Of a stretch of DNA of 61,601 bases, positions 14,980 through 27,235 are shown piece by piece. Location of the stretch: positions 1,082,771 through 1,144,371 of the forward strand of contig NW_014577070.1 in assembly GCF_000485595.1 (NCBI RefSeq), in the 5' to 3' direction. The stretch's first letter is position 1, and every line of letters starts with the position of its first letter. The translations under genes were made by a program, and so were the position numbers. The notes below the pieces were generated by a model that saw only the letters and a list, made by a program, of their open reading frames with translations, was not told where the DNA came from and ran no database searches. Source of the stretch: Priapulus caudatus. Its lineage: Eukaryota.

Positions 14980-15441
14980 TTACAGCTTGCCTCTGTACGC
15001 GAAGTCAATGTTCTTGATGTGCTGCACCAGCCTGTAATGAGAAGAGAGGGGAGTGTAGTTGAACCGCATTAAAGCGGTATTTACTCGTAATTGCGTGATT
15101 TTTTTCTCTAGCTATGCTGTTTGCCTCCATCGGAGATGAGCCACGGACGATGAGAAGGAGCACACAGCGAGAAGCAAACTAAGTGGTGGTTAGTGCGCGT
15201 ACTGCGTTCGCACGAGCAGATATTGTGAATTAATTTTGCTTGGCGTGTTCGATATCACACGTACCAGTTCTTGCAGAAGAAGATTTCCTCGTCGGTTACC
15301 GGGGCGGACAGCTTGCCAAGATGGGCAATGAATCCGTCGTGGTGTTCCTTGTGCTCCTTGAAGCCGGCGTAGTTTGCCCTGCTCATGATGGTCTAGCAAG
15401 AAAATCATAGAGTGGTCTATTAATAGTCAGGTTTACACACA

Positions 15442-15516
<75 letters not shown>

Positions 15517-15517
15517 G

Positions 15518-15583
<66 letters not shown>

Positions 15584-16006
15584 ACATAACATTCAACATT
15601 CAACATTAATAAGCACTTGAAGTGTAATAGCTACAGTAATGTACCGACACATTCGACCTACCTGCTCGTAGTTGAAGTGGGAAACCATCAGATCCAGGCA
15701 CTTCTTCAGAGCGGCCTTTGAGTTGCGGTTGGTACCAATAGCAAAGAGGCTCTGGAAGAGACCCTTGTGCTCATCGTCCAGACGTTCGTACTGAAAGCAA
15801 AACCAGCAAATACAATAGGGTTGTCAATAAAAGCTATATAAAATTTCATTTTACATCGCGGTGCCAACGTTCAATATATTATGAAGAAATGATGACCTTA
15901 GGGCAAACCATCGTCAGCTATTATACAAACGTATGCATTTTCGACTTACGAACACCATGAAGCTGGTCTCCCATCGGTATGGCTCGGGGACTGCGTAGTT
16001 CGCCAT
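14980..16006 (-). CDS. Hr: Hemerythrin A1 (myohemerythrin-length, 121 aa), intact
   Basis: complement(join(14980..15031,15265..15392,15662..15790,15950..16006)): MANYAVPEPYRWETSFMVF/YERLDDEHKGLFQSLFAIGTNRNSKAALKKCLDLMVSHFNYEQ/TIMSRANYAGFKEHKEHHDGFIAHLGKLSAPVTDEEIFFCKNW/LVQHIKNIDFAYRGKL*. All seven diiron ligands (H25, H54, E58, H73, H77, H106, D111; myoHr numbering) and the 5-residue C-D loop insert LSAPV are present. Confidence 0.96.
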
Positions 16007-16016
16007 CTTGCTCACT

Positions 16017-16031
16017 GTGCTTTCTGAACAC
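16017..16031 (-). promoter_or_regulatory. Conserved 5' UTR hairpin of Hr A1 (GUGUU-CAGAA-AGCAC)
   Basis: Ends 10 nt before the AUG; bulged C and a lower stem UACU/AGUG. The loop sequence is uncertain because the mirror copy reads differently. Confidence 0.5.
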
Positions 16032-16085
16032 GAGTAGAATCTCTGAGTGCAAATTCAGGATGCTGGTCAAACGACGCGCTGGACC

Positions 16086-16092
16086 TTATATA
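16086..16092 (-). promoter_or_regulatory. TATA box of Hr A1 (TATATAA)
   Basis: ~80 nt upstream of the ATG; an equivalent TATA lies at a similar distance in A2, B1, C1 and C2. Confidence 0.65.
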
Positions 16093-17286
16093 GGAAGATC
16101 AGATCAAAGAAATGTGTCATCGTCCAAGGGGGTGGTGGCATGTGTTCACCTGATGAAAAGATAATGGTTTCGATCGTTTTTTCTTCTTTTCGTGTGTGTA
16201 AAGTGTCGGTGTTCTTTCTCGTATAATTCCTTATCTAATTGTCCTGAAAAATCGTCATGTTGTACGTAATTATGTTGATGTGATTCTAATTAACAACCCT
16301 AAGTATGACTTGGACACCCCTCCTGCGATATTGTAACCCCTATATGACATCTATCGCAGGATGCATGCTGTCTACGTGAGTAAGGTCAGGCGTCCTCCTC
16401 TCGAACCTGGCAAGACAGCGTTTTGGGGGCAAGTTTTTTTGTCACGAGTGAAGATTATCACGTTTTTATCATGAGCTATTTTACGTCGGTCATATGTTGT
16501 GTTCTCTGTGAACTATGCGTTAGGGTAACTAACTGTTACCAATGATTTATTACACCCAGCTGTAATATATTCAATTGCAATAACGTAACTAACTAATAGA
16601 TATAAAATATATACACATTGGCGCCAACAATAAAAAGGGGGTGAAATTAGAGGGATATTAAAGAGGTGTGAAGAAAACAATATGTAAAGAAGGTGATCAT
16701 TAGGGTTATATATCTTTGATTCAACAATTTCATAAGCTTATGAGAAATAGACTATATAGTTTCTACTGTGGCACTGCCTGTGCTCGACTCAATACGAATG
16801 CATGTTAATTAATTCATGTGTCATTTTATCCGAAGGAAATCGTGTGTTTTCCGGGGCTTCAAAGTATCCATCCTACGGTATATATACTACGGTGTTATGA
16901 CATGTAACATTTTACACTTTTAACACTTTCTCCTATCGTGTAGAGATTATGTGCTAGCGATTATAGAAATCGTCAGGAATACTATAAGAAATACATTGTG
17001 TTAATAAGGATAAAGATGACATAAATGTAACTTTCGTGGAAAATCCAAAGTTGACATCTCGCTTAACAAGCATAACGGAAAAGCGAAGGAATTAGATGGA
17101 TACGCATCAGCCAACGTGTGCGAACTCATGCCAGCTCATATCGAACACAGAAAGAGAGCGCGAGTTAAAAAAAAAATTTATCATGATGCTGGGATTCTAA
17201 CTTGTTCACTGCACTTCTATTACACCATTTAGCAGACGTTTCTGGTCGATTATATCGGTACATTTCACAGCGCGGGCTCTATATGC

Positions 17287-17322
<36 letters not shown>

Positions 17323-18331
17323 CATGTAAACGTATATTAGACATGTGAATTCACGTTAATCAAGATAATGACGTAATAAAAGAAAGGCGAGTTTTGTTTT
17401 CAATTGGTTGTTTACAGTTGCTTTTTTTATTTAATAGTTTCAATTAAACTTTGTTGTAATAAGTATGGATGTGGCAGCTAACTTAGAATTATATAGAGAC
17501 TATAGAGAAGCTTTCTTCGGAGTTGATGTAGCATACAGTAATCATATATCGTTAGGCCATAAAGCCGTTCGTAAAACAGACGTTTTGTTGACGATTGGTG
17601 TGAGTATAACTGAAAGGCTTTAGCGTTTAGCAGCTCTTTATGGCGGACCGCCACGACCTGTTACGGTGTTAACATATCTGACTTACAATCTTTTATTTGT
17701 TAAGACGAGCTCCTGATATGTTATAATACGCTTTCTATTCACGCCTACAAAGTGCACAATTTCTGTCATGTCTCACTATATCCACCTATAACCAAAGTGT
17801 GTATTGTACATCACCTCAAAAATCCTTCATGCAACATATGCACACCGCTGACGTTATTTTTTTTTAATGATTTACAGTGAGAGATTAATACTACGAGGCG
17901 AATGGGGTCACGCTACTTGTTAAAATCAAGGGTCAAATTTAATAGCGATCGAGCCAACAGTTTTTGTGGCGGCGATAAAAATACAGACTAGATTAAAGTA
18001 AAACTAAAAAAACTTTGCTGTCTTCCTGTTTTCGACATGAGAAGACCTGAGTTCACGCACGTAGGCCGCTTGCATCCTGCTATGGGTGACCAACGGGTTC
18101 ACGAAATGGCAAACGGGGGTCTTGCTATATACACAATATCCATTATTGTCGGTATATTAACAATCATAACGTGTTTTTACACGCGCTCGACATTTTTAAT
18201 CACGATAGACAGCAGAATAATGTTTACCTGGGCAAGGAAGCAGGTAGGTCAAGAAATGTGGCGTCTTCTACTCGGGCACACGACTTGGATAACACCCGGA
18301 GCGAGGACGCGATTCTTCGGTCCAGTCTACC

Positions 18332-18338
18332 TATAAGA
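18332..18338 (+). promoter_or_regulatory. TATA box of Hr B1
   Basis: cTATAAGA about 30 nt before an Inr-like atcgTCAg at 18363; 95 nt before the ATG. Confidence 0.55.
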
Positions 18339-18384
18339 GACCCGCCCGCGGCGTCATCATCGTCAGCCTTGCATTGGTACAAGA

Positions 18385-18414
18385 TTCATCTCGTGTTCAG
18401 TCAGCACAGTGGAA
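18385..18414 (+). promoter_or_regulatory. Conserved 5' UTR hairpin of Hr B1 (C-GUGUU-CAGUC-AGCAC), IRE-like
   Basis: The 20-mer ctcgtgttcagtcagcacag is identical in the UTR of A2 (48581-48600, minus strand), a different subfamily. Confidence 0.55.
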
Positions 18415-18426
18415 ACAACCATCACC

Positions 18427-19528
18427 ATGCCTTACACAGTACCTGAGCCGTATTGCTGGGACAAGAGCTTCATGACTTTCGTAAGTACTTGCGGAATCGA
18501 TCTCGTTAATCTGCACTATATTCGTGTAGATTGTCGTACGTGTATTGCTGGCCGAGCTACATGTGTTTGCATAATTATTAATCAAAAACATTTATTAATT
18601 ACTTATTAATTAAAACGCTAGGCTATAACTAGCTTTTGCTTCAGAAACTGTTTAGAATTTGATTAATTTAATTTAATTATTAGAACCATTTTTGGATTCC
18701 TGCTTCTTCATCGCGAACCTATCTGTAATGGTCAGAGTTTACCTGTTTTTAGTACGACCAGATCGACAACGAGCACAAGGGACTTTTCCAGGGTCTTTTC
18801 GATGTTGGCGTGTACCCTGGCAGCGTTGAGACTCTGAGGAAGTGCAATGAGCTGATGGCTGCCCACTTCGCCTACGAACAGGTTCGTTTAATTTTCCTAT
18901 CATGCGTACCCGCAATTTGACTGTAATAAGTATTAAAGCGTTCAATTAGGCAGCGCGTTTCCCCAAAAAAACTTTTTACTCTGCGCACTAATCAGAATAC
19001 CTATGTAAATATCTACGACTCGTTGAATCGGTTATTTTATTGCGCATTCAAAAAACTCGTTTTCATTCCTGTATTCGTTTGCCACGTCGTTAAACTAGTG
19101 GCTTTGTCGTGTTGCAGTCGATGATGCTGAAGGCTAGCTACCCAGAGTACGCCCACCACAAGGCTGCTCACGATGGCTTCCTGACTACTCTCGGCAAGTT
19201 GGAATGCCCGGTCAACGCATCCGACGTCGACTACGCCAAGGACTGGTGCGTTTCACTGAAGATTTTCTCGCTCTCTTTATATAATGCTCAGGGATAATAC
19301 AGCGTGTATTTCGTCAGAGTTCGTTTTAACTCTAGCACGTGGCGTTCACGAGTGGTAAAGGAAACGCGTTTTGTGACACGTTCTTTCCGTCGATATAACG
19401 AGAGTTAATTGGTTTTTAATTGTCGGCTTAGAATACTTTTTGAATTTTATTAACTCCCATTTATTTATCGTTGCAGGTTGGTGCAGCACATCAAGACCGT
19501 TGACTTCCCATACAGAGGCAAGCTGTAA
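18427..19528 (+). CDS. Hr: Hemerythrin B1 (120 aa), intact
   Basis: join(18427..18480,18753..18881,19118..19245,19477..19528): MPYTVPEPYCWDKSFMTF/YDQIDNEHKGLFQGLFDVGVYPGSVETLRKCNELMAAHFAYEQ/SMMLKASYPEYAHHKAAHDGFLTTLGKLECPVNASDVDYAKDW/LVQHIKTVDFPYRGKL*. All seven ligands present. Confidence 0.96.
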
Positions 19529-21670
19529 AGAGTAACTCGCGATTGTGTAGTACTGTCCATCAGCCTTTAACGATTTCAGAACATTCGCATCTGGCAGTGC
19601 CATACTCATAATGTAAAAATTAAAATTCAGTGGTATATCTGTTCACGTTCTCGAACGTGTAAATACTAAGATATGCCTTAATTTCCTGGTGTAAATAGGC
19701 GTTATCCTGCACTAGTATGTGCTATCTTTCCGGAAATTCTTTCACATTTTGTATTGCCGAAATCATCAAAAACATTAAAAACCATTTACGTGCAAACCAA
19801 TGTTACGTATTTGTTTATTTTTTCTAGTTAATTTCCTTATTTACCTTTCCTTGCTTTATATACATGAATGAGCGTGATATCACTATATACCAGTAAAAAC
19901 GTGTGCATTAATAAATAATCTCGCAAAATAAATATTCATACTTTACACATAAATTGTAAACAACTGTAAACATAGACACCTATTCGCAAAATTGCATCTT
20001 AAGACATTTTTAAATAAGAATGATATGGAAATTTATTAATAATATGTTATTTGCATAACAAATTACTAAGTTTGAAATTGTTATTATTTGATGTAATGGC
20101 TAGTAATGTTTTCTTTCCAATTCAACTTATAAATGAGCGACAACCGTAAAAGTTATAATGGAGCTGTTATAATTTCACTCTGCTAAAAGCTTTTTACTAA
20201 AGCTACTAAAGCAAAAACTACTAAAGCTTTACGTTCTATAACGAGATACTAAGACCTAACGCATGTGAAAGAAAATTCAATAAAAAATATAAGGACATGC
20301 GAAATAATATAATAATAAATAAATAAACAGGAAATAATCTGACATGCTATGCTATGCAATATATGAACCTACGCTAAAAGTATAGTGCGTCTGCTAACCT
20401 GCAGGCCCCAATACCGAGTGATAGATTGCTCATATATACGCACAATGAACATACGCAAACGCTGAATTTCAACTTCAATTTAAATTTAAATTCAACGTCG
20501 ATTTTCAACTTCATTGCCCATGTAAACTGGTCAATTCACGTGTCTGTGTTGACCGCGCGATGGCGCTACGAGCTCAATTCTATATTACTGTGTATTTGAA
20601 AACCGGATATGTTGCAGACGATTGTCGACCGGGTGGTCAGGTGTGAAATGTGTGTATATTTTGGTTGGTTGTATATATGGTTGGTAGTGCGAAAAACTAT
20701 TCTACCATCAGACGTATTTATTTCATCTGGCAATTTTTTCGGGTATAATGAACGCTCATTGTCAGTACGTCGGGTGTCGTATTTATTTCTATTTATATAG
20801 AAATTTACACCGAGTAGACTTCCTTCACTCAGCTGTATATTATAAGCTGTTATTATATACAGCTCAGTGGTATACTTGCAACCGGCTATACTAGGAGCCT
20901 ATTCTGGTGTACGTCGACATATGTTGCGTTGGTGAATTGCTGAATGAAGCAGCGATATTCATTAATGTCTGAAGGATTCGTTAAAGTCTTCTAACGTTTT
21001 ATCGAATGCAAATGATTACTCTTGCGTAAAGATCGAAGTTTTCATTTCTATCGAAACTTTTCCCATACTTGCTAAAGGAATTTAAACATTTAACTTGCTT
21101 AGATAATTATTGTATTGCCTGTACTGACATTGTCTTTTGCTATGACATTATAATGCTGGTATTGTAGATGTGAAACGAAATTAAAGAAAACTACATTGAC
21201 AAATTAATTGCGTAATCAAATTATTTGTTTTTAATTTGACACAAAATAGAAGGCTGTGGTACTATAACATGATGCGAGTCTCGTATCTATCAATACTGAA
21301 TATGTTAGGAAATTATTATAGTTTATAAAATACATCTTTAAACCCTTGGTCGCTAGAATTGGTTTTAAAGAATCAGCTAAAAGTCATTTTACTATATTCC
21401 GAAACGTGCTTTAGTGATAAATTGCAGATTAAATGAAAGGTTTAAAACGAAAGATTGCCAATTATAATCTCGATCATTGACCGTTGCGGATAAATTGAAA
21501 ACGTTAATTTCATCCAATTGCGAACATTTTAATTCAATAGAGATTATTAAAATATCGTCGCAGGCGCGAGATAAGATTCATTAACACCTGTTTCCCAACT
21601 TCAAGATGACAGAATAGGAATGAACTTCGGCCGCCCAGGCTCTGTAATTGTCGAATATTCCAACTAGCTC

Positions 21671-24018
21671 TTACAACTTTCCTTTGTATAACATGTCGTA
21701 GTTTTTGATGTGCTGCACCAACCTGTAATTCGAATCCCCACGGGGTAAATGTACATATGCATAACCACGTCAGAAATCCTACGAACAAGTTTTTGATATC
21801 AAGAATACCTTGTCCGGACTTGCCTCTAAGAACAAGAGCACGTATGAAACCAATATTGCCTCATTTTCTCATGCAATTGCACGTATTTTGAACCGATTCG
21901 AGAGCGCTCGTAAAATGATATGTGATGCGATAACACATGTGCTAATTTACCTTAAAATTACCGGTATTTATACTGACAACGTTACGTCATAAATCACCTA
22001 GATACTAGACTGAATGACCATAAGAGAAGCGAGGCTACGAAAGGAACTCAGCGTTCCTGCATACGTAAGAGATCTGCGTAACGTACCAGTCCTTGGCGAA
22101 GTTTACCACCTCGTCGGTGACCGGACAGGAGACTTTGCCGAGAACTTCAAGGAATTCGTCGTGCACTTTTTTCTCCAGGTCGTAGCCTGCGAAGTTAGCT
22201 TTCTGCTGGCGCTTCTATAATTTAATAAGTAATATAACCGGTTCGTAAACCGATACACTGATGACGGGGTGTGTATACGTGTGTGTGCGTGTGTGTGTGC
22301 GTGCGTGCGTGCGTGCGTGCGTGCGTGTGTGTGTGTGTGCGTGTTTGTCTGTGTGTTTGTATGTATGCGTGCGCGTGTGTGCATGCGGCGTGCGTGCGTG
22401 CTCTACTACGTACGATTATTGAACACGACATTGACCTTTACCAGCCCAGTGGCGGATCGAATGGCTGCACGAATAGGTCTAGGTCTTTACGTGATATATA
22501 AGTTTTATACTTTATACTTTATGAGTTTTATACTGCGTGATTACGTTACATACTTTTTGCACGAACCTGATGCGGATTGATGCCGTAACTTTAGTAGGAC
22601 ATGCTGATCGTATGGGACTATTGTACGATAGGGACTATACACGCGATAGGGACTATTGTAGCCGATTATGTTATGGATCATTTTAAACGAATTTTTTAAC
22701 ATTACGTGCCTATATATGGTATCAGAGAAGCGTAGCTTGAGGGGGGGGCAAAGGGGAGGCTGCCCCTCCATTAGAATCTACTGGAATATACAATAAAAGA
22801 CTAATAATTTATACTTTTTTGAGTGAGTGCTTCGCATCTTGCTCGTTATATTTCTCAATCGAGTTACTATAAATTTTGCCCCCCACAGAACCACACACCA
22901 TAGAAATTCAGTTAAGCTACTGCCCTGGATACTTAACTTCAACTATGTTGATATGCACCTACCTCCTCGCAGAGGAAGTGGGAAATCGCCAACTCTTTGC
23001 ATTTCTTCAGAAGACTCGCAGAGTTGCGGTTATTATTGATCTCGGAGACGATCTTAAATAGACCCTGGTGCTCCTCGTCAAGCTCCTTGTACTAGAAGCA
23101 AAAACCCAAGTAACGAGATAGTTACACGTGTGATTATCTGTTGTACGTTATTCATGTGATATGATTGATTGATGATTATGAGATATCAAAGAATCCATTA
23201 GGAAAAATTCTTCTATAATATTGCAGAAGTAGTTCTAGCGTAGTGGAGCGTCAATCTCATCACAGAGATGAAAATTGCTCTCTTGTTTGTTGTGCCGGCG
23301 CAATCTAATGATGAGCCGATAGTCACGTGATCTCTGTGGTGAGAATGGTGGAGCGTGTGATAGACAGTAATAGTAGTCATAGCAACTGTAACAGCTATAG
23401 TAGTTCTAAAAGTTGTATCTGTTATCTCAGTAATAGCTGTTATAATAGTCGTATAGGAATTATAGTCATATGGTCGTTATAGTAGTTATTTCACTATTTA
23501 ATTATTACAGTTGTCAATCGGTTTGATACCAACAGTGTTGTTTAGCGTCAGTCATTGCAATAGACATTTTCGTTGAACTATTAAATAGAAACAATGGTAA
23601 TAATAATAATAAAAATAATAATGTAATGGCTCCAATATATGTAACGGTGATATATGCGCACTATATGAACTGTTACACGCACGGCGTGATGGTTTTGTTT
23701 AACATTTATTATGATTAATTATTTATACCTTGATCGTTATTTTATTATGATTTATTATCGGGGAACGTTTTCAAAATTGCTTTCGCTATACTTAGCGATA
23801 CAGGCAGAACGTCTAAATATGTACAGATATAGGGAAATTAATTATAATCTGCAGCAATCAAGTATTCATTTCAAGAACCAAAACTAGCGGTAGCCTACTT
23901 GACATTGACTATTACTCAGACGGTCGATGGGTGGTTATTAAAGTTTTGTACTTACGCCGACGGAGAAACTCTCGTCCCAACAAAAAGGCTCCGGCACTGG
24001 GAACGTTTTTATTTCCAT
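21671..24018 (-). CDS. Hr: Hemerythrin-like C1 (123 aa), intact, His73->Glu variant
   Basis: complement(join(21671..21722,22087..22214,22963..23091,23956..24018)): MEIKTFPVPEPFCWDESFSVG/YKELDEEHQGLFKIVSEINNNRNSASLLKKCKELAISHFLCEE/KRQQKANFAGYDLEKKVHDEFLEVLGKVSCPVTDEVVNFAKDW/LVQHIKNYDMLYKGKL*. Exon sizes 129/128/52 are the same as in A and B. Confidence 0.94.
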
Positions 24019-24027
24019 CGTGTCTGA

Positions 24028-24104
24028 TACGTTGTCGGAACACAAAATTTCTCAGATGACTAAACGAAGATTGATGCTTCCAGCAGGCCGGTTGCTCTTT
24101 TATA
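24028..24104 (-). promoter_or_regulatory. Hr C1 TATA box (24098-24104, TATAAAA) and 5' UTR hairpin (24029-24043, GUGUU-CCGAC-AACGU)
   Basis: Hairpin ends 10 nt before the AUG, as in the A genes; the same arrangement occurs in C2 (TATA 26749-26755, hairpin 26677-26691). Confidence 0.55.
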
Positions 24105-26059
24105 GGCAGATGGATCCACTGCCTGCCACCAGCGTGGTAAAGGGCTCCATGCGTGACTTTGCCCAATCGAGATATTAAGGTGTCTATTTTTCTCTATATA
24201 TAAGTATCACCGCTGCTCGTCGCAGAGATTTAAGAAAAACTCTTTGGAATGAAACTCATTCGCGTATGGCCAATTAATTTAAACCACCCACGACACCCAC
24301 CTACCCTTTACTCGTGCGACTATCTAGTAACTAGTCCCTCTGCTATCTCTGTATCAGGAGTTTGGGAGTTTCCTTTGCTTCGTTTTTTTTTCCTTTCGGA
24401 TCATGGGATTATTCACGGTTTTTTGTGAACTTTGTTGCCATGCGTAGACCTAAGTCTATGAGGGGATGGGCTAGGGTCGCTCGTAGTGCTGCCATACATC
24501 AAACAACAACTTACTCGCACGTTGGACCTGTCTCATATGTATACCTAGAGTATCTGCTAATATATTTTAGAGAATGTGCGAATCGTGTGAATAAGTAGGA
24601 CATCAAATAATACCGCGTTTACTATCTTTGATAAATAGCACTTCATAGTTAGCGTAAGTGACGGAAACGAGTTGTCTGGTACTATATTTGGATGCTCTTA
24701 GTATAGGTAGCCTGTCAATAATATTTTACTCTTTCCTGTCGACTGAATTAATCTCAACATGCGAGTGTGGATAGTTATGTCTCATGTACTTGTGCCATAA
24801 ATGATTTAATATTGCTATGATGAGAGGGGGCAGATTAATGAATAAACTACCAACTGAGGTGTGATAATTGAGTAAATCTTCTAATTTCCAAAATCCTCTA
24901 TTAGATAAACTTTGTTTCACGGTGTAATTGAACCTACAGAAGCCTTAACACTGCGTGCATCGACGCGGTTCGGGTTATCACGGCTTATTTATCGTAGTTC
25001 GCAAGCTAGTTACCCAATTTGCACTGGGTCAAGGTCAAGCGTGTTTGGACGAGCGCGCGAAACTGTCCGCAGTGTAAGCGTACCCTGGATGTGTGATGTG
25101 CACGCTGGACATTCCATGCGCGCAAACTGAATTCGCTCCCTCAGTTATATTTTCATTAAAAATTTAATCATGTTCAATGTTTTAAAAAATTCAGCTTGGC
25201 ACTATATTTTGAAGTATTAGATCAATCTCATTTAGTATATTATACCCTTAGCATAATATACGCTCATTTTGATGCTTTTACCGCAAAACCCACAATGCTT
25301 CTTAATATTTACACATACCTGCTCCATTATGGAAATTACAGTCGACCCTGTACATAACGGTCACGCCAGAGAAACACCAAAAGTTACCTTTATGAACAGG
25401 TGACTACTTTTATAGTGACGGGTATAACCGTTTGGAAACTTTATACCAAGCAAGAAGGCAATGTTTATCCACACTATGCATGTTTAGTTGTTTCATATTG
25501 CTTTCAGCGATCATGTATTTCAAACTGAAGATGGCGGTAAATGGAAAACTGAGCAATGTTATAAAAATAATAATCGTAGAAGACCGAGCATGGCTGTGAA
25601 AGGCATGTTGTATTTAATAATTAATATGTCCAAAAAATAGTCACTTTAGACATATTTGTAAAACAATTGAGTAATTTACATTAAAGTTAATAACTATTAA
25701 CACTAAATGCATCTTTAAACCCTTGGTCGCTAGAATTGGTTTTAAAGAATCAGCTAAAAGTCATTTTACTATATTCCGAAACTTGCTTTAGTAATAAATT
25801 GCAGATTAAATAAAAGGTTTAAAATGAAATATTTCAAATTATAATCTATTCAACTACAGGATCATTGACCGTTGCGGAAAATTTTAAAACGTTGATTTCA
25901 TCCAATTGCGAACATTTTAATTCAATAGAGATTATTAAAATATCGTCGCAGGCCGCGAGATGAGATTCATTAACACCTGTTTCCCAACTTCAAGATGACA
26001 GAACAGGAATGAACTTCGGCCGCCCAGGCTCTGTGATTGTCGAATATTCCAACTAGCTC

Positions 26060-26666
26060 TTACAACTTTCCTTTGTATAACATGTCGTAGTTTTTGATGT
26101 GCTGCACCAACCTGTAATTCGAATCCCCCACGGGGTAAATGTACATATGCATAACCACGTCAGAAATCCTACGAACGAGTTTCTGATATCAAGAATACCT
26201 TGTCCGAACTTGCCTCTAAGAACAAAAGCACGTATGAAACCAATATTGCCTCATTTTCTCATGCAATTGCACGTATTTTGAACCNNNNNNNNNNGGTGAT
26301 ATATGCGCACTATATGAACTGTTACACGCAGGGCGTGATGTTTCGTTTAACATTTATTATGAATAATTATTTATAACCTTGATTGTTATTTTACTGAGAT
26401 TTATTATCGGGGAACGTTTTCAAAATTGCTTTCCTTATACTTAGCGATACAGGCAGAACGTCTAAATATGTACAGATATAGGGAAATTAATATAATCAGC
26501 AGCAATCAAGTATTCATTTCATTAACCAAAACTAGCTGTAGCCTACTTGACATTGACAATTACTCAGACGGTCGATACGTGGTTATTAAAGTCTTGTACT
26601 TACGCCGACGGAGAAACTCTCGTCCCAGCAAAAAGGCTCCGGCACTGGAAACGCTTTTATTTCCAT
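26060..26666 (-). CDS. Hr: Hemerythrin-like C2, exon 4 (26060-26111) and exon 1 (26604-26666) separated by an assembly gap
   Basis: Exon 1 MEIKAFPVPEPFCWDESFSVG|gtaagt; exon 4 identical to C1. The N-gap at 26285-26294 falls where exons 2-3 should be. 25710-26284 duplicates 21275-21895. Confidence 0.85.
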
Positions 26667-27235
26667 CGTGTTTGACACGTTGTCGGAACGCAAAATTTCT
26701 CAGATAACTAAAGGAATATTGATGATGCTTCAACCAGGCCGGTTGCGTTTTTATAGGCAGAGGGAACCACTCCCTGCCATCAGCGTTGTAGGGGGAGCCA
26801 TGCGAAACCTACCTAGCTATTAATGTGTCAATTTTTTCTCGATGTATAATTATTACTCGCTGCTCGTCGCAGAAAGTTAAGAAACACTCATTCTGAATAA
26901 TGATTCTTTTCATCTCATCTCTCAATCAATTTTCATAATGAAACTTATTCGTGTATTGCTAATGATTTTACACCCCACCCACGACACCCACCTACCCTTT
27001 ACTCATGCTGCTATTTAGTAACTAGCCTCTCTGCTATCTCGATCTGTATCAGGAGATGGGAGTTTCCTTCGCTTCGTTTTTTTTTACTTATTTCCTTTCG
27101 GATCATGGGATTATTCGCGGCTTTTAGTGAACTTTGTTGCCATGCGTAGGCATAGCCTAAGTCCATCATGGGATGGGCTAGGATCGTTCGTAGTGCTGAC
27201 ATACATCAAACAACAACTTACTCGCNNNNNNNNNN

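Noticed and set aside
18393..18407. Canonical IRE call
   Set aside because: The loop is CAGUC (5 nt), not CAGUGN, in two independent genes; reported only as IRE-like.
24505..24520. Minus-strand splice donor (gcgagtaagt) upstream of C1 suggesting a non-coding first exon
   Set aside because: A proximal TATA box already explains the transcript and there is no clear acceptor evidence.
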